Made by a program: the position numbers and the translations under genes. From NCBI RefSeq assembly GCF_018977255.1, contig NW_024704742.1:80292001-80356000 (forward strand): a stretch of 64,000 nt of DNA. Reading direction: 5' to 3'. The notes below the pieces were generated by a model. It did no database searches and was not told the DNA's origin. It saw nothing but the letters and a program-made list of their open reading frames with translations. Positions 1-10,009 of the stretch are shown here, one piece after another (the first letter of the stretch is position 1; the number at the start of each line of letters is the position of its first letter). Origin of the DNA: Callorhinchus milii. Taxonomy: Eukaryota.

Positions 1-13
1 TGTTTAGCTCTGT

Positions 14-316
14 GGAGTCCTGTAGCTCAGTGGTAAGAGCACTTGTTTTGCAAGCGAGAGACCTGGGTTCGATTCCCGGCAGGTTGAAACCTTGGGCAAG
101 TTTCCTTACTCCACACACCTGATAATAATCCCTCAAGAAAACAAAACAATATTCAATTGGTCATTTCAATCCACGACTCTTTGTGGGACACTGCTGTGTG
201 CAATTGGCTGCCGCGTTCCCTCCACAATTCACTTTACAGTCTATTCTGTGAAGCGCTTTGAGACGTCGAGAAGACATGAAAAGTGCTATATCAAATGCAA
301 GGATTATTATAATAAT
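14..316 (+). mobile_element. tRNA(Ala)-headed SINE with L2-type 3' tail
   Basis: A box TAGCTCAGTGG, B box GGTTCGATTCC, TGC anticodon loop, body, tail ...gctatatcaaatgcaaggattattat; multiple copies in window. Confidence 0.9.
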
Positions 317-910
317 GCATAATTATTATGCTACCCTGCACGGAGGGCACTATACAAGTGCAAGTTGTTGTTGTTTGCTATGCAGGTGCTTGCTCCCCCC
401 ACATTGTTACTCTCTTCTCTAACCCCATTGCCCGCCCTCTCTCTGTCCCTCTTAGTCTGTCTGTCTCTCTCTCACACACACTATCTCACAAACAACTCTC
501 TGTTCCAACTATTGTGTGTTTGCTGTTGCTAGCTTGCCCCACACTGCTGCTCTCTACTCTAACCCCATTCCCCCACTCTCCCCCTCGGCCTCCCCCTCGC
601 CCCACCCCCCTCAGCCTCGCCCCGCCGCCCTCGGCCTCTCCCACTCCCCGTCTCGCACTCGCGCGCTTGGCCTCTGTTCAGGATGTAGGTTAGAGATCTG
701 TCATGGTGGGGTTAGAGAAGGGAGATTCTCTTTCTCTCCCAGTGTCCTGGCTGACAGATAAAACAACATTAAACACACAGTCACTACACTTTACATTGAA
801 ACATGGATTTAGTGTGAGATGGATAGAGACTTGAGTAAGTCCGTGGATGGATTAAGGTGTGAGAGAGAGATGGATAGAAACATAAGTAATAATTCTTGTT
901 ATATCTACAG

Positions 911-976
911 TTCATCCTGCGTTGGGATATGAAGTTTCGACAGCTAATTCAGTGGTTCGCTCCCAACCAGGAAAAT
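911..976 (+). CDS. F11R: JAM-A coding exon (end of signal peptide / start of V-type Ig domain): xHPALGYEVSTANSVVRSQPGK
   Basis: Acceptor ctacag at 905-910, donor gtgagt at 977; 66 nt, phase 1-1; splices in frame to the next exon. Confidence 0.85.
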
Positions 977-989
977 GTGAGTAACAAAC

Positions 990-1760
990 CCATCTCCCTC
1001 TCCTCATCTATCTCTCATACTTTCTCTATCTGTCTCTCATACTTTCTCTTCTCTCTCTCGCTCTCTGCCCTCTCATTTCTTTGTCTCTCTTCTCGCTCTG
1101 AGTCTCTCTCACACACTCTATCTCTCTCTCAGCCTTACAGTCTCTCTCTGTCTCTCTCTCTCTCTCTCTCTGTCTCACACTTGTTCTCTTTTAGTCTCTC
1201 TCTCCCTCACTCACGCACACTCTCTCTCGTCCCAGCGCTGGAGCTAAGCTGCACATACACGGCTGATTTCGATTCTCCGAGGATCGAGTGGAAAAGAAGC
1301 GATTTGCAAGGATCAACAACATTGATATATTATGAAAAACAAGTAACAGGTGAGTCTCTCTCTCTCTCTCTCAAACACTCTCTCCGTTTCTCGCACTCAC
1401 ACATTCTCTCTCACCATCTCCAGCACTCTCACACTCTCTGTCTATCGCTCTCACACATAATCTCTCTCCCGTCTCTTGCTCACACACTCTCTCTGTCTCT
1501 CTTTATCTCCAGCTCTCTCACACTCTGTCGCTCTCAGACTCTCTTTCTGTCTCTCTCTCTCACTCAGTCTCCCTCTCTGTCTGAAACATTTTCTCTCCAT
1601 ATCTTGCTTTCACACTCTGACACACACACACACACACACTCTCCCTCTTTCACTGTTTCTTGCTCTCACCCACTGTCTTTCATTCTCATACTTTTTCCCC
1701 GTCTCACTTCTCAATCAGTCTCACATTCTTCCTTCTCTCTCACACTTTATCTCTCCACAG
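990..1760. repeat. Degenerate (CT)n/(CA)n simple-repeat tracts filling the F11R introns
   Basis: Directly visible; explains the Ser/Leu/His-rich spurious ORFs. Confidence 0.9.
1236..1349 (+). CDS. F11R: JAM-A V-Ig exon: SLELSCTYTADFDSPRIEWKRSDLQGSTTLIYYEKQVT
   Basis: cccag acceptor, gtgagt donor; B-strand Cys, JAM R(V/I/L)E dimerisation motif RIEWK, C-strand Trp. Confidence 0.95.
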
Positions 1761-1907
1761 AGAAATTCAGAGAAAGATTCGAAGTTTACGACAAAGGAAT
1801 GCGTATAACTAATGCTGAACCCAGTGATAGCGGAGATTATATGTGTGAGGTCACAGCGGCCACTGGAAATGGATTTAATTCCGTTACCATTAAAGTGATT
1901 ATTGAAG
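1761..1907 (+). CDS. F11R: JAM-A V-Ig exon, second half: EKFRERFEVYDKGMRITNAEPSDSGDYMCEVTAATGNGFNSVTIKVIIE
   Basis: ccacag acceptor, gtatat donor; 147 nt; D-x-G-x-Y-x-C Ig motif. Confidence 0.95.
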
Positions 1908-2324
1908 GTATATTTATTCACCTCCGTTTGTGGGGCACTGCTTTGCTAAATTGACCGCAGCGTTTCGCTCACAAAACATGCAGTCACTACACTTTACGGT
2001 GTATCCTGTGAAGCACTTTGAGACAGCTCGACGACGTGATAAGGCGCTATGTCAAATGCAAGGATTATATTATTATCTATCTGTCTCTCGATATCTATAT
2101 ATTTGTATCTCTCCAGCTCTCTCTCTCTCTGTCTGTCCCTCTCTGTCTGTCTCTGTGTCCATCACTCTCTGTCTCTCCGTCTCTCTCTTTTACTAAATAA
2201 ATATTGTTGTGTTTCTCCCACAAAAATCACAGTCACAACACTTTTCAGTATATTCTGTGAAGCACTTTGAGACGTCTCGACAACTTGATAAGGCGCTATA
2301 TCAAATGTAAGGATTATTATTTTA

Positions 2325-3475
2325 GTGAGAGAGAGAGACCGAGTGTGCACAAGAGGGGGAGGGAGGCAGCGCGTGAGAGGGAGGGAGGGCACGGGTGCGA
2401 GAGGGAGGGAGGGAGGGAGGGAGTGAGAGGTTGGGAGGGCACGAGAGGGTGAGACAGGCAGGGAGAGCGAGATAGGGTGGGAAGGAGTGAGAGAGAGAGA
2501 GAGAGAGAGGGAGGAAGAGCATGAGAAGGGGAGGGCGATGGGGAGGGGGGGCTGAGAGATAAAGAGGGAGAGTAAGAGAGATGGAGAGAGGGAGGGAAAG
2601 TGAGTGAGAGAGATGGAGAGAGAGGGAAAGTGAGAGCAGGCAGGAAGGAAAGCGCGAGAGAAAGGGAGGGAGAGAGTGAGAGAGAGAGAAAGAAAGAGGG
2701 AACGAGAGATGGAGTGAGAAAGTGGGAGGGAGGGAGAGAGTAAGCGAGTGAGAGAGATCGTGCGAGAGAGAGGGAGAGTGCGAGAGTGGGTGGAAAGTGC
2801 GAGAGGGGGAGAGGCAGAAAGAGGGAGTGGGAGGGAGGGAGGGAAAGTATGAGAAAGAGGGAGGGAGCGTGAGAGGGAGGGTGACAGAGTGAGAGAGGAA
2901 CAGAGAGGCAGGGAGAATGAGATAGGGAGGGAAGGAGCGAGTGAGAGAGGGAGGAAGAACACGAGAGAGGGAGGGACAACATGAGAGGGAGAGTGAGAGA
3001 AAGGGAGGGAGGGAGAGAGGGATGGAGGGAGAGTGAGAGAAAGTGAGGGAGAGAGACTGAAAGAGAGAGGGAGGGAGAGAGAGAGAGGGGGGTGGGATGG
3101 AGGGAGAGTGAGAGAGAAAGAGGGATGGAGGGAGAGTGAGTGAGAGAGAGAGCGGCAGGGAGGAAAAGCACGAGAGAGTGAGCAGGAGGGAGGGAGAGCG
3201 TGAGAGCGAGGGAGGGAGAGTGAGAGCGCAAGAGGGAGGGAAGGAGAGCACGAGAGCAAGGGAGGGAGAGCGCGAGGGAGAGAGAGAGGGAGAGCGCGAG
3301 GGAGAGAGAGAGGGAGAGCGTGAGGGAGAGAGAGATGGAGGTAGAGTGTGAGATGGAGGGCATGAGAGAAAGAGGGAGGGAGATAGAGCATGAGATAGAG
3401 ACGGAGGGAGAAAAAAAGGGAGGGAGAGTGTAAGAGAGGGAGGGAGGATGAGAGAGACGGAGAAAGAGAGAGGAA
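2325..3475. repeat. ~1.15-kb degenerate (GA)n/(GGGA)n polypurine tract in an F11R intron
   Basis: Directly visible purine-rich low-complexity sequence. Confidence 0.95.
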
Positions 3476-4107
3476 CTATGTATTCACTTTCATTTGAATT
3501 AATTTTTTATTCAGTGTTAATTATAAATTTTAATTCAATTAATATTTTAATTTGTTTTTAATTATTATTAATTAATAATTATTATAGTTTAATTCACTTG
3601 GTTGACAATTATTTTCATTATTATTATACCTTTTCCCACAAAACACACAGTCACTACACTTCTCAATATATTCCGTGAAACCACTTTGAGATGCCTCAGT
3701 GATGTGATGAGGTGCTGTATCAAATGCAAGGATTATTATTATCTCTCACACTCCTTCTATCTTTGTCTCTCACACTGTCTATCTGTCTCTCACACTCTCC
3801 AACTGTCTCTCATTCTCTCCATCCTCTCCCGCTCATGCTCTCACACTAAATAAATATTGCCACATTTTGCCCACAAAACACATAGTCACTACACTCTGCA
3901 GTGTATCCATGAAGCACTTTAAGACGCCTCAACAGCGTGATCAGGCACTGTGTCAAACGCAAGAATTACTATTATTGTTATTATAGTGTGAGTAAGAGAG
4001 CACGCAAGAGAGAGAGAGCGCATGAGAGAGTGTTTATGATTATATCTAACACTGTTCTGTCATTATTATTAATATTATTAATATTAACTCTTGGTTGCCG
4101 TGTTCAG

Positions 4108-4310
4108 TTCCTCCTAAAGTTCCGCAAATTTCCGTGCCCACCTCGGTGACCAACGGAGGGTCAGCAGAGCTGAGTTGTACAGAGACTCATGGATACCCTA
4201 AGTCCAAATACAAGTGGTTCAGAAATGGAATACCTATTCCTGTTAAATCTGCTGGAAACTCTTTGTTTCACAACTCATCCTACATTCTCAACATAGAAAC
4301 CGGTGTCCTG
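4108..4310 (+). CDS. F11R: JAM-A C2-Ig exon: VPPKVPQISVPTSVTNGGSAELSCTETHGYPKSKYKWFRNG...HNSSYILNIETGVL
   Basis: ttcag acceptor, gtatgt donor; 203 nt; JAM-type VPP...C.E..G.P...Y.WFR motifs and the NSSY N-glycosylation sequon. Confidence 0.95.
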
Positions 4311-4430
4311 GTATGTACATGTCTCTATCCATCTTGCTCTCGCTCCTCAATCCATATCCTGACCACCCCAACCCCAAGTCTCTGTGCGTTTGTGTGAGTG
4401 TGTTTGACACTGTTCTCTCTCTCTCTCCAG

Positions 4431-4533
4431 CTGTTTAATCCCGTCACTAAGTCTGACGTGGGGGAATATTATTGCGAAGCGTCAAACGGGGTTGGACCAG
4501 CAATGAGAAGCCAAGCTAAAAAAATGGATGTTT
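4431..4533 (+). CDS. F11R: JAM-A C2-Ig exon, second half: LFNPVTKSDVGEYYCEASNGVGPAMRSQAKKMDV
   Basis: ctccag acceptor, gtaagt donor; 103 nt; D-x-G-E-Y-Y-C-E-A-x-N-G motif. Confidence 0.95.
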
Positions 4534-4560
4534 GTAAGTTAACCTCTCTTTTCAGTTATT

Positions 4561-4594
<34 letters not shown>

Positions 4595-4901
4595 ACAGAA
4601 CAGTCACTATATCCCAAGAAGCACTCTGAGATGTCTCAACGATGTGATAATGCACTTTATTAAATGCAAGGATTATTATATCTCACTCTCTCACACTCAG
4701 TCTCTCTGACTCTCTCTCTTATACTCTTAGTCTCTTTTGTTCTCTCTCTCGCTCTCGCTCTCAGTCCCTCTGTCTCCATCTCTCACTCTCTCCCTCTCAC
4801 ACTCAAACTCTCTCTTGCACTCAGACTCTCACACAGTCTCTCTCTCTCTTTCTCATGTTCTCTCTCTCTCTCTCTCTCACTCTCTCTCTCTCTCTCCACA
4901 G

Positions 4902-5009
4902 ATGAAACCAATGTAGGAGGGATTGTGGCCGGAGTAATTATTGCTCTCTTGATTATTGCTCTTATCGGAATCGGGATATGGTTTGCATATCGTAAAGGAT
5001 ATCTTCCAC
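4902..5009 (+). CDS. F11R: JAM-A transmembrane exon: YETNVGGIVAGVIIALLIIALIGIGIWFAYRKGYLP
   Basis: ccacag acceptor, gtgagt donor; 108 nt; NVGGIVA...GIWFAY.KGY TM/juxtamembrane motif typical of JAM-A. Confidence 0.95.
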
Positions 5010-5076
5010 GTGAGTGAAAGAAAGACCAAGAGAAAGAAACCGAGAGAGAGAGAGACACCAAGACTGAGAGAGAGAC

Positions 5077-6135
5077 TTTTTTTGGTCAGCCGGGTGTCTG
5101 ACGTGTGGAAACCCATCACGTCACCATGCTTAAGAGTATCCAAACCAAGCTGAGATTTCCAGGCTTCTCAAATACACATGGACTTCCCAGAGATAGATTG
5201 TTGGAATGGAATACACACTCTCTCCCTGGTGGGACCATCCTAGTTACCCAATTCCGGAAAGGAGTAGGTGCAGGTTGGCAAGAGCCAAGGTTTGGGGACC
5301 CCAGAGTGTGCGTTTGGGGTTGTACTGGAATCTAACCAGCTAAAACCATACAGCTTGCCATTGATGTAGCTGTCCGACAAGCTTTTTTGCTGTTTGTTCA
5401 GCTAGGACCACCCTACCTGTTACTCTTGTAAGCTTGCAGGGTTAGCAGGAGCTGAGTGGTTTGACTCCCTGCCCCCAGTGATTGGTCTGCCCTTCCAGGT
5501 CCTGTTGGATGAGCCAGGATGGCTGTGCTGTCATCAGCAGTGCCCTGGAATATTGCGGACCTGTCTGGCTCAGCAACCGGACTCCCGGGACTGTCACAGA
5601 GAGCTGGCTCAATTCCGACATTCCGTTGCCAGGCATGTCACCTTGAACCACGCTTACCTCCATCCCATCCCACCAGGTGGATAGTCATTAGTTGGTCGTT
5701 CGACATCCGACAAGCACAGGTTTGAGCCCTCACTAGGTGGATGGTAGATACCGGGAATTCCCTGGGAGCTTCCCGATTGGCAACATATCTCAGCATGAAA
5801 TGGTGAGAACATTGCCACCAGCTTCCTGTCCACAGCTCGGGCACACACCCCTTTTGGCTCGGGCATGCATCCTGTCTGCAAGAATATCAAGGTGGCTGGC
5901 ACTTCACAAGCTGTCCTGTAAAGGTCTGCCCACCATGCTGAAGGCCAGGTAGTTGATGAGGAAACACTGAGGCTTGGAGCGACAGCTGTTGGAATGTTTT
6001 GCCTTGAGTCCGAGTTTATGATCACACGTTCATATGTTCAGGGCCTGGAATCCACCTTGATCGTCCTGCAGAGAGGCAAACAGTTGCTGCTTAAACTCCG
6101 CACTTACAATTGGTGGAAACATTCGCTCAAAGGGG
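5077..6135 (-). mobile_element. 3' end of an unclassified (RTE-X-like?) LINE with CCHC finger and long 3' UTR; 5' segment ~5854-6135 inverted
   Basis: Poly(A) on the minus strand at ~5077; decayed frame LLLKLRT...CPSCGQE...HFMLR; homologous copies at ~9100, 11660, 34230, 38310, 58285. Confidence 0.7.
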
Positions 6136-6351
6136 AGAGAGGGAGACTGAGAGAAAGAACGAGGGCGAGAGAGAGAGAGCGAGAGAGACAGAAAGTGAGA
6201 GAGACTGAAAGCGAAGAGAGAGAGATACTGAGAGGGATAGAGAGAGACTGAAAGCGTGAGAGGGGGCATGAGGGAACGAGGGGGCGTGGGGGCGAGAGTG
6301 ATTTATGTAATTTTTGTTTCTGAATCTGATCTTTTTTGCCCCCCCAAACAG

Positions 6352-6364
6352 GAAAGAAAGATAC
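6352..6364 (+). CDS. F11R: 13-nt microexon (R-K-K-D-T) of the JAM-A cytoplasmic tail
   Basis: aaacag|GAAAGAAAGATAC|gtaagt; needed to convert phase 1 (TM exon end) to phase 2 (next exon start). Confidence 0.85.
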
Positions 6365-6532
6365 GTAAGTACTATTTTTATTTTTCTCATTGTCTCTCTC
6401 TTGTTCTCTCTCTCTGTCTCTCATTTTCTCTCTCTCTCTCTCTCTCTCCCTCTCTCTCACTCTCTCTCATTCTTTCCCTTGGTCTCTCTTTCTCAGTCTC
6501 TCTTTCTCACATTCTCTCTCTCTCTCTTACAG

Positions 6533-6581
6533 AAAACCACCTGTTTCTTACCACCAGCCTCCGGAAGACACTACTGACGAT
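6533..6581 (+). CDS. F11R: JAM-A cytoplasmic exon: TKPPVSYHQPPEDTTDD
   Basis: cttacag acceptor, gtgagt donor; 49 nt; V-x-Y-x-Q-P motif like mammalian VIYSQP. Confidence 0.9.
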
Positions 6582-6840
6582 GTGAGTGTGAAATATAACA
6601 TTAGTGTGTAACACACTCGCTCTCACATGCTCTGACTCACGCACAAACACTGTCTCTCTCAATGTCTCTCACACACACACACACTCCGTCTCACTCACTC
6701 TCCCACACACTCTCTCACACACTCTCATACATATTCTCAGTGCATCACACACTCTCTCTCGCTCTGTCTCACTTTCCCTCATACGCTTTCTCATATTCAC
6801 TCTCACACTTGCTCTCTTACACATTTTCTTTGTTTTTCAG

Positions 6841-6876
6841 GCTGATTTTAAGCAGAAATCTTCATTTGTCGTCTAA
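6841..6876 (+). CDS. F11R: JAM-A last coding exon: ADFKQKSSFVV-stop (PDZ-binding C-terminus)
   Basis: ttttcag acceptor; FKQ.SSF.V terminus resembles JAM-A (human EFKQTSSFLV) more than JAM-B/JAM-C; TAA stop. Confidence 0.93.
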   Translation, partial: ADFKQKSSFVV

Positions 6877-7924
6877 GGATATGAACAACATGATCTGTGT
6901 GTGTATCTTTTTCCCTCTGTCACTTTCTCGCTCTTCTCTCGCACTCATTCACCTCACAACTGTTTTTGGGACCTTGCTGTGTGCAATTGGCTGCCGCGTT
7001 TCGCCGATGAAGCACGCAGTCACTACGTTTTACAGTATATTCTATGAGGCGCTTTGAGACTGGTGTGTGTCTTTCTGTCTGTGAATAAGAAATGCAGAGG
7101 ATGTTGTTCATTTGGATTTTTAGGAAGGTGTTTGATAAAGTGCAGTGTAAAGAGAATTGTGCCCAAGATTAAGATACTGTAGATGGACAGAGGAATGGAT
7201 GAAGAGCAGGTGTCAAATGTGAAGGAAGGGATTATCGGTGTAGAGCATTTAACCTCACAAATTAGGGTAGGATCGCTCTTGTATTTTGTTCTCTTTCTCT
7301 CTGGCCTAATCTATACCCCACCATTGGCAGTAAGCCTTTCAGTCTATCTGCCTTCACTCTCTGGAACTCCCATGCGAGAGAATTTTCACCTCAACCCCCT
7401 CCCTCGCCTCCTTTAAGTTCCATTGCTCTTTAGGACCATCCTATTTAATATTAATAACTCTTCCATTTAATATAGTAACTTTCATGTCAGAAGAATATCT
7501 CAAAACTCTTCACAAGATATACTGTAAAATGGAGTGATTGTATTCATGAGCAAACATGACAGCCAGCTTGTGCGCAGCACTATACCAAGAACAGCCAGGA
7601 AGTGAATGACCAGGAGAAAGGCCTTAAACCCACAGCCATCTGACTCAGACACAAGCGTGCTATGAATTGAGTTAGTGCCCAGCAAACACAACTCCATAGC
7701 ACAGAGCTAACCTCAGGTGAAGTATGCACTGACCTAACGTGTTCCCTTTGCCTAGAGAGGCAACAAAGCACAGACATGTTACAGCAGTGAGAAGTGGAAA
7801 CGGTTTCTATGTCACCATCAAAACAATTCCATTCTCTACAAACAAGTATGTTGCTTTTGCCACAGGAGCAAAACCAGAGGTGACAGTACTGTTCTGCCAA
7901 AGCATAACCCTTCACAGTGAATAC

Positions 7925-7930
7925 AATAAA
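7925..7930 (+). terminator. Candidate polyadenylation signal (AATAAA) for the F11R 3' UTR
   Basis: First AATAAA I noticed downstream of the stop codon, about 1.05 kb away; no transcript evidence. Confidence 0.25.
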
Positions 7931-8529
7931 CCAAACCCTGGCTCTTGTCAAGTGATTCTTGGCCTTGACCCCATCCTAATGCTAAAATTCAGACTCTGGC
8001 CCTGCAGATAGGATTTGTTCAGACAGTTTTTTTTTGGAGAGATTCATTTTTAATATTGCATCACAAATTTGGATGAAGAAGCCCCTTCACCACATTTGAT
8101 TTCCTTTCCCACAACACTACTATACAGAATTAAACAATTTCTTAAATAAGTCCAGTGTCTTGGGTCATTAATTATCCTCTATTAAGATAATTAGCAAGGA
8201 AGCAAAAAGGGAGATTAAGAGGATTTTTTTTACACAGAGAGTTAAGACTGCCTTTCTGAACGTGATTGTCCATGCAGAATTCATATTAGCTTTCAAGCCA
8301 TTACCTAGGTAGATATTCTAAAAGGAATACGAGGAATAGGCAGGACTGGATCAATTCCTCTATTTAATAGCCAGCACAGAAACAATGGACTGAATGGTCT
8401 TGCACTCTGCTATAAATTTCTGTGGTTCCAATACTTGCTGATATCTGTTCTGAAACCCTTTGCTATGCTGAATTTATGCCTTTTCTCAAATTCTGTGTAC
8501 CTGAAAGCAATAGTTGAGTTTGATTCCTT

Positions 8530-8720
8530 ATAGCTATTTAAAATTGTACATATCTGTATAAGGTTCTCTCAGAAATGTGTCTTTTGAAGGTAGAACCTCC
8601 CTAACTTGTCTAATTGTTGCTCCTAGCTCAATTCTCTTACCATTGGGGGATGATCCTTGTTGCTCTAGTCTGTGCTATTTTACATCTTTCCATCGCACCC
8701 AGGAGCTAACTGAGAGTGTT
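8530..8720 (-). mobile_element. Decayed CR1 LINE fragment
   Basis: Reverse complement resembles the CR1 ORF2 3' region seen at 58570 and 61375. Confidence 0.5.
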
Positions 8721-10009
8721 TGAAGTTATAATGAGCTGTATGCACTCATAGTTTAGCCAACAACTCAGCTAATAAATCTTTTCTAAATTAAATCAAATCA
8801 GAATCAACCTCAGATCATCACTGTATATCGATGCTAATGACTAAAGCATGTATGTCAAATCATAACTAATGAAGGAGGTCGGGGTCAGTAAATGATATTG
8901 CAGCTCAGTATTTTAGCTAAAATGCTCGTATAAATCTCGTTCCATTGAAGAGCATTAGTCAAGCTAATGAGGTGCTTCCATTAGAGTCCAGAGGTAAAGT
9001 GATTGCATGTAGCAACTGCATGACTCATTTCTCTATCTAAGTCAAGTTTACGTATGAATAATGTGGTCCAAATTGCATGAGTTCATAATAGAATTCTTTC
9101 CCGCTGCTTGTCCAACTAGGACCACCTACCCGTTAGGGCTTTTGCTTCCGGGCTAATGGGAGCTGGGTGGGAATAGTCTCTGCCCTAATGACTGTTTATT
9201 CAAAAAAATTTATAGACTGTTCAAGAGTCAACATATACAATTTCACGAAAAGTAATTCTGGAACAAGCATTCCTAAAAACTTATCAGAAAATGCATACAA
9301 GACAAGAATACATTCTATGTAATTGCTGAGTGGTGCAAAATAATTTCATATAAATAACATACCCATTGAGGTGGAGGGGTGAACAGCAATGGATTCTTTA
9401 ATATTAATATCTCAGCTCATTTAACAGAAAGAAGTCTTCCAAGAAACATTCATTGTAATGACTGAGTACTCAAGCTCTTGGAGATAGAAATTAATTTCAC
9501 CTCGGTCTAATTTTGCTCGTGAGTATTTTGGAGCATCCAGAATTTGACAATTTGTTGAATTTAGCCTTAACTTTGAAGCCAATTTTCTGCAAATAAAAGA
9601 ACATTCAGAAAATTGAGTTGGCTTAAAACAAATTGAGGCTGGATTTAAGGATTTGCCCATTTCTAATGGTCTGAAATGTTAAACAAATAGAGTAGTATTA
9701 GATCCTTGAGGTTTGTGACAAATAGGTACATTACATCTGAATCCAGCTTGTAGATTTGATTTGGAAAAAAATTGTATTGTGTGGATAACTTCAATAAAAT
9801 ACAGGTTCAAACATCTATCCTGGTGTACTAGTTGCCAGGACAATTGTGCTTTATAGTTGGTTTTCAGGCAATGAGCACCATGTTTTTTAAACTTGACATC
9901 ATCTCCAAAGAGGTGGAAGAACATAGTTTGTGAATAAAAGTTTCAAGCTTAATTAACTTAATTTTTAGGGCAAAAAGATTAAGGATATGGTACTTAGGTT
10001 AGTTTAAAG

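Noticed and set aside
14..90. tRNA-Ala(TGC) gene (also at ~22870, 28044, 35423, 45471)
   Set aside because: Each cloverleaf-like head continues into a shared SINE body and tail, with copy-specific mutations. These are SINE heads, not tRNA genes.
575..695. GC/CpG-rich patch as F11R promoter or signal-peptide exon 1
   Set aside because: No suitable nearby in-frame ATG, and the putative donor lies in a DeuSINE-like remnant (tctgttcagg…cccagtgtcctgg). Exon 1 is more likely upstream of the window.
896..1954. 352-aa ORF as a single-exon protein
   Set aside because: It is read-through of CT-repeat introns linking two real F11R exons.
2162..3391. 309-409-aa minus-strand Ser/Leu/Pro-rich ORFs
   Set aside because: Artefacts of the stop-free GA/CT low-complexity tract.
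7500..8011. Short ORFs downstream of F11R
   Set aside because: No recognisable protein similarity; probably 3' UTR or intergenic sequence.
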